From Chthonomonas calidirosea (lineage in GTDB: Bacteria; Armatimonadota; Fimbriimonadia; Fimbriimonadales; Fimbriimonadaceae), in contig CAMAPH010000002.1 in assembly GCA_945859975.1 (NCBI GenBank), positions 32,001 through 96,000 of the forward strand: a stretch of 64,000 bases of DNA, written 5' to 3'. Numbering within the stretch: the stretch's first letter is position 1; each line of letters starts with the position of its first letter. Made by a program: the position numbers and the translations under genes. The notes below the pieces were generated by a model that saw only the letters and a program-made list of their open reading frames with translations, was not told the DNA's origin and made no database searches. Shown one piece after another: positions 1 to 11,200 of this stretch.

Positions 1-1287
1 CGAGTTGTCCTGAAGTCCGCCGTAGATCCAGTACGGCCGTCGCGTGTCAACGCCGATTGCGTAGAACTGGCCGATCGCCATTCCGTTAAGGTGACGCCAA
101 GTCTTGCCTTGGTCGCGCGATTCGAAGGCGCCGCCGTCGGTGCCGGAGATCAAATGCTTCGAATCGGCTGGGTTGATCCAGAGCACGTGCCAGTCCGGGT
201 GGACGTTCGTGTTCTGCTGCTTGAAGGTCTTGCCTCGATCTTCGGACTTCGCAAGCTCAACTCCAGGCAGATAGATCAGGTCCGGGTTCGCGACGTCGTA
301 TCGCGGCATGCTGAAGTAGAACGGACGTGGGTTTGTCGCATTCACAAACTTGAACGACTTTCCGCTGTCTTCGGAAACGAAGATGCCGCCGCCGTTCATT
401 CGAATCGCGCCGCCTTCGGGTGTTCGTCCCTTCATTTCTTCGGCACTCGGCTTGTATTCGATGCTCGCAACGACCTTGTTGGGATCGTTTCGGTGGAAGC
501 TCAGGCCGACTCGTCCGAGGTTCGAGCGTGGAACGCCACGGCCAATCTTGCTCCAAGCCTTGCCTCCGTTCTCCGTTCGGTAGATCCCCGAACCAGGGCC
601 GCCGCTGGTGAAATCGTACGCCTTTCGCTCTCGTTGCCACATCGCGGCAATCAAGTTGTCTGGGCTCTTCGGGTTCATGATCAGATCGATGCATCCCGTT
701 TTGTCATCGACTTTGAGAACCAACTGCCAGGTTTCGCCCCCGTTGGTCGTTTTGTAAACGCCTCGCTCGGGGTTGCTTCCCCACAGCCGGCCAAGCGCCG
801 CAACGTAAACCACATTGTCGTTCCGAGGATCGATCAGCACCTTGCTGATGTGCATGGTCTCTTTGAGGCCCATGTTCTTCCAACTCTTTCCGCCGTCCGT
901 GCTTTTGTAGACGCCATCGCCCCAGGCGACTGAGTTTCGGCTACTCGCTTCACCCGTACCAACCCAAACTACGTTCGGGTCTTTCTGCGAGACCGCCGCC
1001 GCGCCAAGGGAGATCGTCCCTTCCTTATCAAAAACCGGAGCGAAGGTTAAGCCGCTGTTATCGGTGCGGAAAAGACCACCGCTAGCGCTGGCCACATAGA
1101 AAATCCGTGGCTCTTTCTCGTAAACCGCGATGTCACTAATTCGGCCGCCCATCGTGGTTGGTCCGATGTTGCGCGGAGAGAGGGTTTGCAGCCACGGCGA
1201 TAGGTCAGCGGGGGCTTGCGCAGAAGCCGCTGGGAAGATCGCCAGCAACGCGCCGGAGGCAACGATTAAGGTGCGGATTCGATTCAT
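1..1287 (-). CDS. Secreted VPS10/BNR-repeat beta-propeller protein (glycosyl hydrolase-like), runs off the window edge
   Basis: Not in the ORF track. Manual translation from ATG 1287 gives MNRIRTLIVASGALLAIFPAASAQ (signal peptide) then RNIGPTTMGGRISDIAV...FYVASASGGLFRTDN, the typical N-terminus of this family. Confidence 0.85.
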   Translation of the reverse strand, partial: MNRIRTLIVASGALLAIFPAASAQAPADLSPWLQTLSPRNIGPTTMGGRISDIAVYEKEPRIFYVASASGGLFRTDNSGLTFAPVFDKEGTISLGAAAVSQKDPNVVWVGTGEASSRNSVAWGDGVYKSTDGGKSWKNMGLKETMHISKVLIDPRNDNVVYVAALGRLWGSNPERGVYKTTNGGETWQLVLKVDDKTGCIDLIMNPKSPDNLIAAMWQRERKAYDFTSGGPGSGIYRTENGGKAWSKIGRGVPRSNLGRVGLSFHRNDPNKVVASIEYKPSAEEMKGRTPEGGAIRMNGGGIFVSEDSGKSFKFVNATNPRPFYFSMPRYDVANPDLIYLPGVELAKSEDRGKTFKQQNTNVHPDWHVLWINPADSKHLISGTDGGAFESRDQGKTWRHLNGMAIGQFYAIGVDTRRPYWIYGGLQDNS

Positions 1288-1365
1288 CGGAATGCAGGGA
1301 CCATACCGCAACCAGACCGAGATGTAAATAGATGATGTATTTAGCCTCACCGGTACACTCCCAGC

Positions 1366-2553
1366 ATGGATTTTCAACTCACCGCCGAGCATGAACTGAT
1401 CCGGGAAATGGCTTACAAGTTTGGACAGCAGGAAGTTGTCCCTGACGTGACCGCCCGAGATCGAGAAGCGAAATCAGATCGCGCCATGCTTGAGAAAATG
1501 GGAGCCGCCGGGATTCTTGGCGTCTCCATTCCAGAGGCTTACGGTGGCTCCGGAACCGACTACATCTCCCTCGGACTCGTTTGTGAAGAGCTTGAGCGAG
1601 CCGACACCACCGCACGCGTGGTCATGTCGGTCCACAGTGGCCTTCATGCGCTTACCTTGCTGCAATGGGGCACCGAGGAGCAAAAGCAGCGCTGGCTGCC
1701 CGGACTTGCGAGCGGAAAGTTGATCGGCGCCTTCGGACTTACCGAGCCCAATGCAGGATCGGACGCGGCAAACATTTCCACGACTGCCGTAAAGGACGGC
1801 GATAGCTACGTGATCAACGGCCAGAAGACTTGGATTTCGTTGGCCGATTATGCCGACCAGTTCCTCTTGATCACTAGGCTCTCTGGATCGGACGCGAAGG
1901 CGCCGTATGCGGCCTTCATCGTCGACCGAAACACGCCCGGCTTTAGCAGCCGCGCGCTTCACGGAAAGCTCGGCGTCCGCGCCGGCAATACCGGCGAAAT
2001 TTTCTTTGAGGACATGCGAATTTCCGCAGACTGCCGAATTGGCGAAGAAGGAGACGGATTCAAAGTCGCGATGTCGGCGCTGGATCATGGTCGTTACACC
2101 GTCGCGGCTGGCGCTGTCGGCATCATTACGGCTTGTTTGGATGCTTGCACCCGATACGCCAAGGACCGAACCGTACAGGGCGAACCGATTGCTAAGAAGC
2201 AGTTGGTTCAGCAGATGATTGCCAGCATGGTCCAGGGCCGTGATATTGGACGTCTCCTTTACTACCAAGTCGGCTGGATGAAAAACGAAGGCCTCCGCCA
2301 CACGCGCGAATGCAGCATGGCCAAATGGACCAATTGTGAGCGTGCATTCGACGCTGCGAACAAGGCGGTTGAGATTCATGGCGCTTACGGCTTCATCGAT
2401 GACTTCCCCGTCGAGCGGTACTTCCGCAACAGCCGCGGCGCAATGATCTACGAAGGCACCCACGAAATTCACACTCTGATGCAGGCCGAGTACGAGTTGG
2501 GCTATCGATCCGACAAACCGCTGGCGCGAACCTTGCCGACCTGGCCGAGCTAA
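1366..2553 (+). CDS. Acyl-CoA dehydrogenase
   Basis: Motifs FGLTEPNAGSD, INGQKTWIS, HGAYGF, IYEGTHEI. Confidence 0.95.
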   Translation: MDFQLTAEHELIREMAYKFGQQEVVPDVTARDREAKSDRAMLEKMGAAGILGVSIPEAYGGSGTDYISLGLVCEELERADTTARVVMSVHSGLHALTLLQWGTEEQKQRWLPGLASGKLIGAFGLTEPNAGSDAANISTTAVKDGDSYVINGQKTWISLADYADQFLLITRLSGSDAKAPYAAFIVDRNTPGFSSRALHGKLGVRAGNTGEIFFEDMRISADCRIGEEGDGFKVAMSALDHGRYTVAAGAVGIITACLDACTRYAKDRTVQGEPIAKKQLVQQMIASMVQGRDIGRLLYYQVGWMKNEGLRHTRECSMAKWTNCERAFDAANKAVEIHGAYGFIDDFPVERYFRNSRGAMIYEGTHEIHTLMQAEYELGYRSDKPLARTLPTWPS

Positions 2554-2557
2554 CGCC

Positions 2558-3127
2558 GTGCCGACCTTCCGGTTTTGGAAACCCTACGGGGTTCTCTGTC
2601 AATTCACCGATCCGGAAGGTCGACCAACGCTCGCCGATTACGTGAAGGTCCCGGGCGTCTATGCCGCAGGTCGGCTCGACTTTGATAGCGAAGGGCTCCT
2701 GATTCTCACTTCTGACGGCGCTTTGAATGCCCGGCTCACAAGCCCAAAATTTGCGCACGAGAAAACGTACTGGGTTCAAGTGGAGGGGATTCCATCAGCC
2801 GATCAACTCGCACAATTACGGACCGGGGTCGATCTGAAGGACGGGCGAACCCGTCCAGCAAATGCCCGGCTGCTTGAAGGACCTCCAACCATTCCTCCGC
2901 GGCCAGTGTCCGTTAGGTTTCGCGCAAACATTCCGACGACTTGGATCGAGCTCAAAATCACCGAAGGCCGGAATCGGCAAGTTCGCCGGATGACGGCGGC
3001 GGTTGGACTTCCTACACTTCGGCTTTTGCGCTGGGCCATTGGGCCCATTGACCTATCAAATCTTGAGCCAGGCGAACTTTCCGAAGTCACTGACGTCCAA
3101 AATGCCTTCTTTCCAAAGCGAAATTAG
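2558..3127 (+). CDS. rRNA pseudouridine synthase (RsuA/RluE family)
   Basis: GRLDFDSEGLL (catalytic Asp) and ITEGRNRQVRRM. Confidence 0.93.
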   Translation: MPTFRFWKPYGVLCQFTDPEGRPTLADYVKVPGVYAAGRLDFDSEGLLILTSDGALNARLTSPKFAHEKTYWVQVEGIPSADQLAQLRTGVDLKDGRTRPANARLLEGPPTIPPRPVSVRFRANIPTTWIELKITEGRNRQVRRMTAAVGLPTLRLLRWAIGPIDLSNLEPGELSEVTDVQNAFFPKRN

Positions 3128-3201
3128 CAGAAAACCAAAAGGAGTTGTATATTGGGTGAGCAACCAGTGATGTCTTCGCATTACCGGGGCTGGAATTTTT
3201 T

Positions 3202-4089
3202 ATGGCACGCACTCACCTCAATCGAAAGGGCTTTACGCTTATCGAGCTCCTCGTTGTCATCGCCATCATCGCTATCTTGGCGGCAATCCTCTTCCCCGTA
3301 TTCGCACAGGCTAAGGAAGCCGCGAAGAAGACTCAAGACCTCAGCAACAACAAGCAGATTCTGCTTGCCACGCAGATGTACATGGGCGACTTTGACGACA
3401 TCTACCCGATGCTCCGAAATGGCCAGACCTTCTGGTCGGCAAACGTGACCGCACCGCAGATCAACAGCGGCCACAACATGGTCAACCCGTACATCAAGAG
3501 CAAGGCCATGTGGCGATCGCCAAACGACACCATGGGTCGATGCGACGCGAACTCTACGGGCTACTCGACCAACGAGAACCACGCAACCGGCGGAGTCGTT
3601 AGCTACGTCTTCACCTACAACTCTCCAAACCGAGCCCATGCCTACGGCATTGCTGGCTGGGATAGCACCGGCGCAGCGGGAACTACGGTCCAGACGTTCA
3701 AGTCTGCTTCGAAGTCTGGAACGGAAATTGGAAACGTTGGCCTCACGATCTTCTTGATCCCAAGCTACGTTTCTTGGACCTACTGGAACGGTCTGATGCA
3801 GCACCGAAACGACCAGCGCGAGTACGCGTTCGCACCTGGAACGCCCGGCGTTGCCGGACACGCACTTTGGCCAAGGGTCAACTCGATCCCAGGCGCTTGG
3901 TGCAACACCCAGGATGCCATCTCCCTTGGTAACTACGGCGGAAACACGAACTTCGGATTCGCCGACGGTCACAGCAAGTCGATGAACCGAAACAGCATCA
4001 TGGATGCACGTTGGGCTTCTGCTCCGGCAGACGCAATCGCGAACAACGCGCGGAACCTCATCCACACGGACGAGCGCTACAAGAACTGA
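3202..4089 (+). CDS. Prepilin-type N-terminal cleavage/methylation protein (DUF1559 / H-X9-DG-like)
   Basis: [30 protein letters not shown] at the N-terminus; [10 protein letters not shown] near the C-terminus. Confidence 0.93.
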   Translation: MARTHLNRKGFTLIELLVVIAIIAILAAILFPVFAQAKEAAKKTQDLSNNKQILLATQMYMGDFDDIYPMLRNGQTFWSANVTAPQINSGHNMVNPYIKSKAMWRSPNDTMGRCDANSTGYSTNENHATGGVVSYVFTYNSPNRAHAYGIAGWDSTGAAGTTVQTFKSASKSGTEIGNVGLTIFLIPSYVSWTYWNGLMQHRNDQREYAFAPGTPGVAGHALWPRVNSIPGAWCNTQDAISLGNYGGNTNFGFADGHSKSMNRNSIMDARWASAPADAIANNARNLIHTDERYKN

Positions 4090-4346
4090 TGAACGAGAAC
4101 GCGAAGAAAGCTGGACTAGTTGCGATCATCGTGCTCGCGGTTGGCGCGGCTGCATTCAGCGCTTACAACATGAGCCAGGGGGACAAAATGGTCATTGATA
4201 GCGTGACCAAAATGCCCGAAGGCCACAAGTCGGAGAAAGAGCTTGCGCTTGAATCTCAAGCGCAAGCGGGCGCGGCAGCACCTGCACCAGCAGGTGAAAA
4301 AGACCTCGGCGGCGACTTGACCGGCGCAGGCGGCGGAAAGGAGTAA
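4089..4346 (+). CDS. Small single-TM hypothetical protein coupled to the prepilin gene
   Basis: TGATG stop/start overlap at 4087-4091; [26 protein letters not shown]; 85 aa. Confidence 0.8.
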   Translation: MNENAKKAGLVAIIVLAVGAAAFSAYNMSQGDKMVIDSVTKMPEGHKSEKELALESQAQAGAAAPAPAGEKDLGGDLTGAGGGKE

Positions 4347-4359
4347 TTCCTTTTTGTCG

Positions 4360-4395
4360 ATGGCCCCCGATCCAGCGGATCGGGGGCCATTTTTT
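4360..4395 (+). terminator. Intrinsic terminator
   Basis: ATGGCCCCCGATCC-AGC-GGATCGGGGGCCAT followed by a T run, between convergent genes. Confidence 0.85.
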
Positions 4396-4699
4396 ATTTG
4401 AGTGCTTCGGCCAGATCGGCCTTCAAAAGAATGAAACGCTCGTTCCCACTGCCGACACCGATGAGGCCATGGACTTCTGTCTCGGTGGTCTCAAACGTCA
4501 AGCCCAGCAGATCATCATTCTTTTGCGGTGCACCTGTGGCGAGGTCGCTCAAGACGGCCAGGGGCAGCTCTTCTTCTACCTTTCTGCCAGCGAAGTCTTG
4601 ATCAATGTGGAGCGTGGCCGTATCTCCGTCGAGCTCAATATCCAGCGTAAACGGAGTGGATTCTCGAAATCCGTTGAGTAGCGCAACTTTGCGAACCAT
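4394..4699 (-). CDS. Hypothetical protein (101 aa)
   Basis: Fills the gap, plausible composition, TAGAAT-N6-ATG upstream. Confidence 0.75.
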   Translation of the reverse strand: MVRKVALLNGFRESTPFTLDIELDGDTATLHIDQDFAGRKVEEELPLAVLSDLATGAPQKNDDLLGLTFETTETEVHGLIGVGSGNERFILLKADLAEALK

Positions 4700-4728
4700 G
4701 GAGCGATTCTACGCATCCATACTTCAAC

Positions 4729-5469
4729 ATGCCGTCACTCAAGGTCGTGACTTACAACATTCGCCTTTCCGCCGGAAACGATGGTCCCAATTCTTGGCCG
4801 TTTCGGGCAAAACGGTTGTGTGACTACGTTGCCGAGTTAGACGCCGACATCGTCGGGATTCAGGAGGCCCTGCCCGATCAGGTCGAGGCGCTGGAGAAAG
4901 CGCTCCCGGGCTACCAACGGTATGGAGTCGGTCGAGAAGATGGCAAATCTAAGGGCGAGCATTGCGCAATCTACATCCGGTCTAGTCTCAAAGCGACCGC
5001 CTCGGGCACGTTCTGGTTTTCGGATACCCCTACCGTGCCGAACAGCATGCACTGGGGCAACCGAATCACTCGCATCACGAGCTGGGTGAAGATCGAACAT
5101 CCGGCAGGTCAGATTGTGGTGACCAACTCACATCTGGACCACGAATCGGACGAGAGTCGGCGAAAGAGCGTCCTAGCCCTGACCGAGTTTCTGGAGCCTT
5201 TCCAACTTTCGTTCTTGGCTCTTGGCGATTTCAACATGGCTCCGAGCAATCCAAACCTACAGCCGCTCTTCAAGCTTGGCAACGAGGCGCTCGCGCAAGC
5301 AGATTTGGCTGGAAAGCCGACTTTTCACGGTTGGAACTTTGGCGAAGGAACGGACCAGATTGACTACGTATTTGCTGCGCCGCACTTTGAGTTACTTGAT
5401 GCCGATTCGCCCCGGGTCCCCCACTCCGATCACTATCCCGTAGTCGCTACGTATCGGTTCTTGGGATAG
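4729..5469 (+). CDS. Endonuclease/exonuclease/phosphatase family protein
   Basis: TYNIR, GIQE, GDFN, IDYVF, SDHYPV motifs. Confidence 0.93.
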   Translation: MPSLKVVTYNIRLSAGNDGPNSWPFRAKRLCDYVAELDADIVGIQEALPDQVEALEKALPGYQRYGVGREDGKSKGEHCAIYIRSSLKATASGTFWFSDTPTVPNSMHWGNRITRITSWVKIEHPAGQIVVTNSHLDHESDESRRKSVLALTEFLEPFQLSFLALGDFNMAPSNPNLQPLFKLGNEALAQADLAGKPTFHGWNFGEGTDQIDYVFAAPHFELLDADSPRVPHSDHYPVVATYRFLG

Positions 5470-5492
5470 GCCAAGCTGGGTTAAATGAATCT

Positions 5493-5900
5493 ATGACGGT
5501 CAAGGATGCGATTCTCGACGGGTTGAAATACGATCAGTGGGCGAACGACCTTTGGGACAAGACGCTCCTGGAATGGTCCAACCCACGGGCAAACGAAACG
5601 CGAGGTCACATGACCAACGCCAAGCGCAGTTGGCTTGAGCGTATGACCGGAGAACCTCACGATGTCCGAGAGATTGAGCTTGACGCGCGATACATCGCCT
5701 TTGTTCTGGAATCTGATCTGACCCACGAGCTCGAGTATCGGAACCTCCGTGGCGACACTTTCCGCCAGCCTTTGCACCAGATTCTCCGCCATGTCGTGTT
5801 TCACGGTCAGTACCACCGAGGACAGTTGCGGGCGCTGGCTGAGGAAGACGGCATTGCCTGGCCTGAGACCGACATGATCGCCTTCTTTCGCGCCGCGTAG
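5493..5900 (+). CDS. DinB family protein
   Basis: [22 protein letters not shown]. Confidence 0.88.
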   Translation: MTVKDAILDGLKYDQWANDLWDKTLLEWSNPRANETRGHMTNAKRSWLERMTGEPHDVREIELDARYIAFVLESDLTHELEYRNLRGDTFRQPLHQILRHVVFHGQYHRGQLRALAEEDGIAWPETDMIAFFRAA

Positions 5901-5932
5901 CGGTAAAGATGGGTGCGAGTAAAATTTGCTCG

Positions 5933-6535
5933 ATGCCAAAGCTCATTCTCGTTCGACACGGTCAGTCACTCTGGAATCTTGAAGACCGCTTTACCGGCTG
6001 GGTAGACGTGCCGTTGACCGCGCAGGGTCGCGAAGAAGCCTCTAAGGCAGGAGTCAAGCTGGCCGAGTACTCCATTGACGTGGCATACACGAGCAACCTT
6101 GCTCGAGCTCAAAACACGTTGGCGCTGATTTTGGAAGCGACCGGCAAGCAAGTGCCTATTATCAAGGACGAAGCGCTAAACGAGCGCCATTACGGAGACC
6201 TGCAGGGCCTCAATAAAAAGCGAACCGCTGAGCAATACGGCGAGGAGCAGGTCCACATTTGGCGACGAAGCTACAACGTTCCACCGCCAAACGGCGAGAG
6301 CTTGGAAATGACTGCGGCACGGACACTACCTTTCTTTGAGCGATGCATCCTCGGCGACATCGCCCAAGGCAAGGACGTTCTGGTGGTTGCCCACGGAAAC
6401 AGCAATCGCAGCATCGTTATGAAGCTGGACAACCTGACCCAAGAAGAGGTCTTGAACCTGAACCTGGGTACCGCCGTTCCGGTCGTTTATGACCTGAGCA
6501 ACGAAGGCGAAGTTCTCGGCAAAGAAATCCTCTAA
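5933..6535 (+). CDS. gpmA: 2,3-bisphosphoglycerate-dependent phosphoglycerate mutase
   Basis: [34 protein letters not shown]. Start moved to [10 protein letters not shown]. Confidence 0.95.
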   Translation: MPKLILVRHGQSLWNLEDRFTGWVDVPLTAQGREEASKAGVKLAEYSIDVAYTSNLARAQNTLALILEATGKQVPIIKDEALNERHYGDLQGLNKKRTAEQYGEEQVHIWRRSYNVPPPNGESLEMTAARTLPFFERCILGDIAQGKDVLVVAHGNSNRSIVMKLDNLTQEEVLNLNLGTAVPVVYDLSNEGEVLGKEIL

Positions 6536-7965
6536 ATGAGGTTGGCGGCGAATTTGCCGCTGAGCGTTACCATCGGCAGCCCGGCTCCGGGCTGCACGCT
6601 TCCACCGCAATAGATCAAATTCTTGATCTTGGGATCACGGTTCGGATGGGGGAGCATCCCTTTGAAAGGCCGGTGCTTTTCGTCTTCCCCGTACAGCGAT
6701 CCTCGATAGTTTCCGTCTCGCTCTCGGAAGGTCATCGGCGTTTGTACGCGCTCGAAGATGGGTTCAGACAGGTCGATTCCAAACTTTTCAAGAACGGACC
6801 TGGTTTGTTCCTTGGCTTTCGATTGTAACGTCTTCCAGTCGAGATGCTGCTCTTCTGCCGGACAGGTTACGACGGCGAAGAAATTGCTCGTTCCCGGAGG
6901 AGCGCCCTCTGGATCCAGCTCCGTGGTTTCGTTCACGTACACGATGGGCTCGCCAGGAAAGTTCCGGGCGTCGTACAGATCCTCAAAGCTTTGAACGTAG
7001 TTCTTCGGAATGAAGAGCGAGTGATGCTTGAGGTCGGGGAACGTTCGCGGGAGCCCGTAGTGAAGCGTAAAGTAGCTGAACGACGGGGCATTGCTTGATG
7101 GCGTTCCAAGCATGCCTTGAACGGTGGTCCGATCTAGGTTCGAGATCAGCGTTTGAAACTCAACCTGCTCCCCACTTTCGAGAGTCGCGGACTTGACTTG
7201 GCCGTTCGCCACGTTCAGTCCCGTGACTTTGGTGTTGAAGCGGAACTCGACTCCGAGTTCGGTGGCCAACTTGTAAAGCGCCGATGGGATTTGTCCAACT
7301 CCACCGACGGGATAGAACACACCGCCGGCGATCATGAAGTACGGAATAAAGAGCGCCCCAGCGCCGGTGCCGTCGAGCGACTGGCCGCTGTAAGATGGAA
7401 AACCGTAGAAGAATGCCCTGAGCAGCGGGCTCTCGAACCACTTATCGATCTGCTGGCGATAGTTACCCTGCAGGCTCATGCCGAGGCCCATCTTGATGAA
7501 CTTGGGCGAAGCGAACTGCCACCACTGATCGATCGGGTGGTCAAAAATCGTCTCGTGAACCAGGGGAACGATCTTGTCAAAGCGCTCGAACATGGCTTTG
7601 AAGTTCGCGCCGTCTTTCGCGCCGAACGAGCTGACCAAACGCTCGCACCCTTGCCGATCTCCAGGGAGATCGATGGCTTCTTGCCCTTCGAAGAAAACGC
7701 GTGTGATCGGGTCTAGCCGCACGAACTGGAGGTAGTCCGACATCTTCCTTCCAGCGGCCTTAAAGACCGCTTCATAGACTTCTGGAAGGATGATGATGCT
7801 TGGGCCCGGGTCCAACCGAAACCCGTGAGTGGAGATCGAAGCGGCTTTGCCGCCGGGTACTTCCCTTTGCTCCAACACGAGCACGTCGTGCCCCTTTAGG
7901 CGAGCGTGGATAGCGGCGCTGAGGCCACCTACGCCCGCTCCAAGCACAACGACGGCTTTACGCAC
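6532..7965 (-). CDS. crtI: Phytoene desaturase family protein (CrtI-like)
   Basis: GAGVGGL FAD motif, [25 protein letters not shown]. Confidence 0.85.
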   Translation of the reverse strand: MRKAVVVLGAGVGGLSAAIHARLKGHDVLVLEQREVPGGKAASISTHGFRLDPGPSIIILPEVYEAVFKAAGRKMSDYLQFVRLDPITRVFFEGQEAIDLPGDRQGCERLVSSFGAKDGANFKAMFERFDKIVPLVHETIFDHPIDQWWQFASPKFIKMGLGMSLQGNYRQQIDKWFESPLLRAFFYGFPSYSGQSLDGTGAGALFIPYFMIAGGVFYPVGGVGQIPSALYKLATELGVEFRFNTKVTGLNVANGQVKSATLESGEQVEFQTLISNLDRTTVQGMLGTPSSNAPSFSYFTLHYGLPRTFPDLKHHSLFIPKNYVQSFEDLYDARNFPGEPIVYVNETTELDPEGAPPGTSNFFAVVTCPAEEQHLDWKTLQSKAKEQTRSVLEKFGIDLSEPIFERVQTPMTFRERDGNYRGSLYGEDEKHRPFKGMLPHPNRDPKIKNLIYCGGSVQPGAGLPMVTLSGKFAANLI

Positions 7966-7967
7966 GC

Positions 7968-8159
7968 TCAGCTTGCGCGGCCTTCTTCGACGCGGCTGAA
8001 CCGCTGCTCTAGGGTGTCAACTTGGGTAGCCAATCGGTCCAGCAACAAATCGGGATCGCGATTTGCGATGACTTCTTGCAGGCGACGAACTAACAAAGTT
8101 CCAACGGCCCCTACCGCGATACCAATAAACAATCCTGTTGCTACTCGACTCACGTTCAT
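7968..8159 (-). CDS. Small membrane-anchored hypothetical protein
   Basis: TM segment GLFIGIAVGAVGTLLV plus a short coiled coil; stop 2 nt before crtI start. True start may be GTG 8153. Confidence 0.7.
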   Translation of the reverse strand: MNVSRVATGLFIGIAVGAVGTLLVRRLQEVIANRDPDLLLDRLATQVDTLEQRFSRVEEGRAS

Positions 8160-8177
8160 TTTGTACCTGAATAAACG

Positions 8178-8212
8178 AAAAGCCCCTCTCGGTTGTTCCA
8201 CCGAGAGGGGCT
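8178..8212 (-). terminator. Intrinsic terminator of the large SBBP gene
   Basis: Minus strand AGCCCCTCTCGG-loop-CCGAGAGGGGCT then TTT. Confidence 0.8.
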
Positions 8213-8225
8213 AAGGTCCGAACGA

Positions 8226-11200
8226 TTATCGTCGGATGTCTACGATCACGCCGATGGTGCTACCACCTGCGGTTGCTCGAACCGTGGTTCGCGTGTTGAT
8301 CGACAGTGCCTTCGCCTGTAGGTTGAAGGTCGCGGTCGTCTGGCCAGCTGGAACGGTGACCTTCAGCGTCGTCGGATAGACGGCGAAGAGGCTCGTGTTC
8401 AGCTGGATGTCCACCACAACTCCGCCGGTCGGAGCTGGCGTTGCCAGTTCCACGGTCGCCAATGCATTTCGCAGTGGTCGGAGTTGGTTCGGCGAGATGG
8501 TGAAGCCCAGGAGCTTCGTGGTGTTCACGGTGAGCGTTCGCGTAACCGTGATCTTTCCGAGGATTGCCGAGATCGTAACCGGAGTTTCGTCCGTTACTGA
8601 TCGCGTGGTGATCGGGAAGGTACCAATCTGCTCTCCGGCAGGAATGGTGATCGAGTTAGGAACGACCGCGGCCGCCGTGTTGGACGATCGCGTGAGGACC
8701 ACGAGACCACCCGCTGGGGCTGGGCTTCCGATGTCGATAGTTCCGACCGAGTTCTGAGTTCCACCCGTAACCGTTGCTGGATCGAGGGTGAGACCAAATT
8801 CTCCGGCAAGAACGTTCAAGGAAGCCGATCGAACGAGACTTCCTCGTCGAGCCTTGAATCCAACCGCTTCGTTGTTTCCGAACACAACGCTGGTTGGAAT
8901 GTCGAACACAACCGAAGTCTGTCCTGGCTCGATGTTGACCGAAGCTGGGACTGGAGCAATCGCTGGCTTAGCCGACTCAAGGTTGATCGTAACGCCGCCC
9001 TGAGGTGCCGGTGCACCGATCGTGACCGTTGCCTGTGCCGTTCCTCCACCGAGAATCGATGTCGGATTGATCGAGAATCCGGTCAGGTTGATCGCATCGA
9101 CAAAGATCGTGCCGCTGGCTGGGGTGCCAACTGCCGTACCGGTCGTCGAAAGGACCTGAGCGGTTGCTACTCGTTGCGTGTTCACGGCTTCAAACTTCGT
9201 GTCCAGAAGGAAGGTTGCCGAAGTCGTGTCAGCCGGGATCGGAAGAACCAATTCTCCAACCTGTGGCGAAGCCGCATCAGCTCGGAATCGATATCCACCA
9301 GTTCCTGCGTTCAAGCGAATTCGAAGATTGAATGGTTCGCCAGTTCGACCGCTAAAGACGACCGTACCGGTTGTGGTTGCACCACCAGCGACTCGAGAAG
9401 GAGCGAAGGTGAGGCTAGACAAGGTGATCGGTCGGACCGTGATCGACTGGGTTCGACCCACTCCGAGGAGCGAGGCGGTTACGGTCGGGAATCGCGTTTG
9501 CGCAACTCCGAGAGTATTGATCGTGAAGTTACCGGTCTGCTGTCCGGCTGGGATCGTTACCGTAGTAACGCCGGTGCCGAAGTTGATCAAGCTTGGACTG
9601 TCCGTCAAGAGGTCAACGGTCACACCGCTTGCCGGTGCCGCCGCGGCCAATGTCACTCGGCCGCTAACCGTGTTGCCACCGACCACATCGGTTGGCGTGA
9701 GTCCGAGCTGCTGGAGCCAGGGGATCACGTTCAATCGAGCGATCTTGAAGCTACCGAGATAGGTTGCACGAATGTCGACCGTCGCGTTCTGGTTCACCGG
9801 CTTGGAGAAGACGGGGAACGTCGCGGTGGTCTGGCCCGCTGGAATGTTGAACTGCAGCGTGGTCTGGTCGGCGCCGTTAGCAAACGAGGCAACCGCGCTG
9901 TTGTTCAGGGTTACGGTGACGTCCGCTCCACCTGCTGGCGCTGCTGCGCTGAGGGTGAAGGTAGCGATGCTGTTTGCACCGAGTCCGCCAGGGATAGTGT
10001 TCGGGGTGAGAACCACCGAATCAGCCGATGGGAATGCTACTCGCTGTCGAAGGACGAATCCGTCTCTCTGGTAAGTAGCGCTAACGGTCGGCAATGGTTG
10101 CGGAGCCTGGCCATCTGGTGGCGGGAACGCAAGAGGATCAACGAATGGATAGCTCGGGTTAAGCGCACCATAGAGGACGCCGTTCACGCTGAATCCACCT
10201 GCCGCATCTCCGTTAGCCTTGAACGCCAGCGGCGTGATCAGGCTAGCGGGTAGGGAGGCGTTGAGTTGATGCACGGTTGGCGTGCCCGTGGAACTGAAGA
10301 TAATGTACTGCCTAAACGAATCCGTGTACCCGCAGAGCCAAGAATCGCCGAATGCGTCGACGTATGGTCCGAACACGATGTCATCAAGGACGCCACCAAG
10401 ATAGGAGGAGTACAAGAGGTTGGTCGCGGTGTTGTTAAGCACCATGTAGAAGCCTTCCGAAGTTGGCAACTGACCTGGCTCTGGGATCTCAATGTCAGGG
10501 TCCAAAGCGTCGGCGGTGACTGGGACCGAACCAATTACGTTCTCCACCGGCTCGTTTGGATCAGCTGGATCGGCGCCGTTGTTCTCAGGGAACCAAGCGT
10601 ATGGGTGCAGGTTGCCGGTGATGTGAACATTTCCAGCAAGGTCAACGGCGATACCTGCAGGAAGCAAGTTAGCCGCGTCGCGTGCGCCGTTGGAAGTGCG
10701 CAGGTTCGTCGAGTACGAGATGGCAGAGCCATCGGAGTTGATCTTGGTCGCCACCATAACGAGGCTGTTAGTGAAGGTTTCACCAAACACGCCTCGGGTT
10801 CGAGGATAGTTGAACGAGTTTGTTCGACCAACGATGTAGGCATTGCCCTGAAGGTCAACCGCGATTGCCGAGCCAACATTTAAGGCAGCGCCCGTACTGT
10901 CGGTACCGAAGCCACCAATGACTTCCGCATTGTTACCGCCAACAAGGACGGAGTACAGCATCGTTCCGGACGAGTTGTACTTTCGAGCAAACAGGTCCGA
11001 GTTTCGAAGAAGTCGGCCGCCTTCGAAGGCGTTTGGCGTGGTTACGAAGACCGGATTAATGGAAGTGTCGACGTTGCCAGTGTTGACGACTCCGCCGCCA
11101 ATGTACATGCTGCCTTCAGCATCAAGTACTGCACCACCGATGACAGTCGAACGACCGTCCGTAAAGTAGCCCGTGTTTGCTGCGCTGACGGTGAATGACC

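Noticed and set aside
91..933. 280-aa plus-strand ORF
   Set aside because: Shadow of the minus-strand VPS10/BNR gene, which the ORF track missed because it runs off the window edge.
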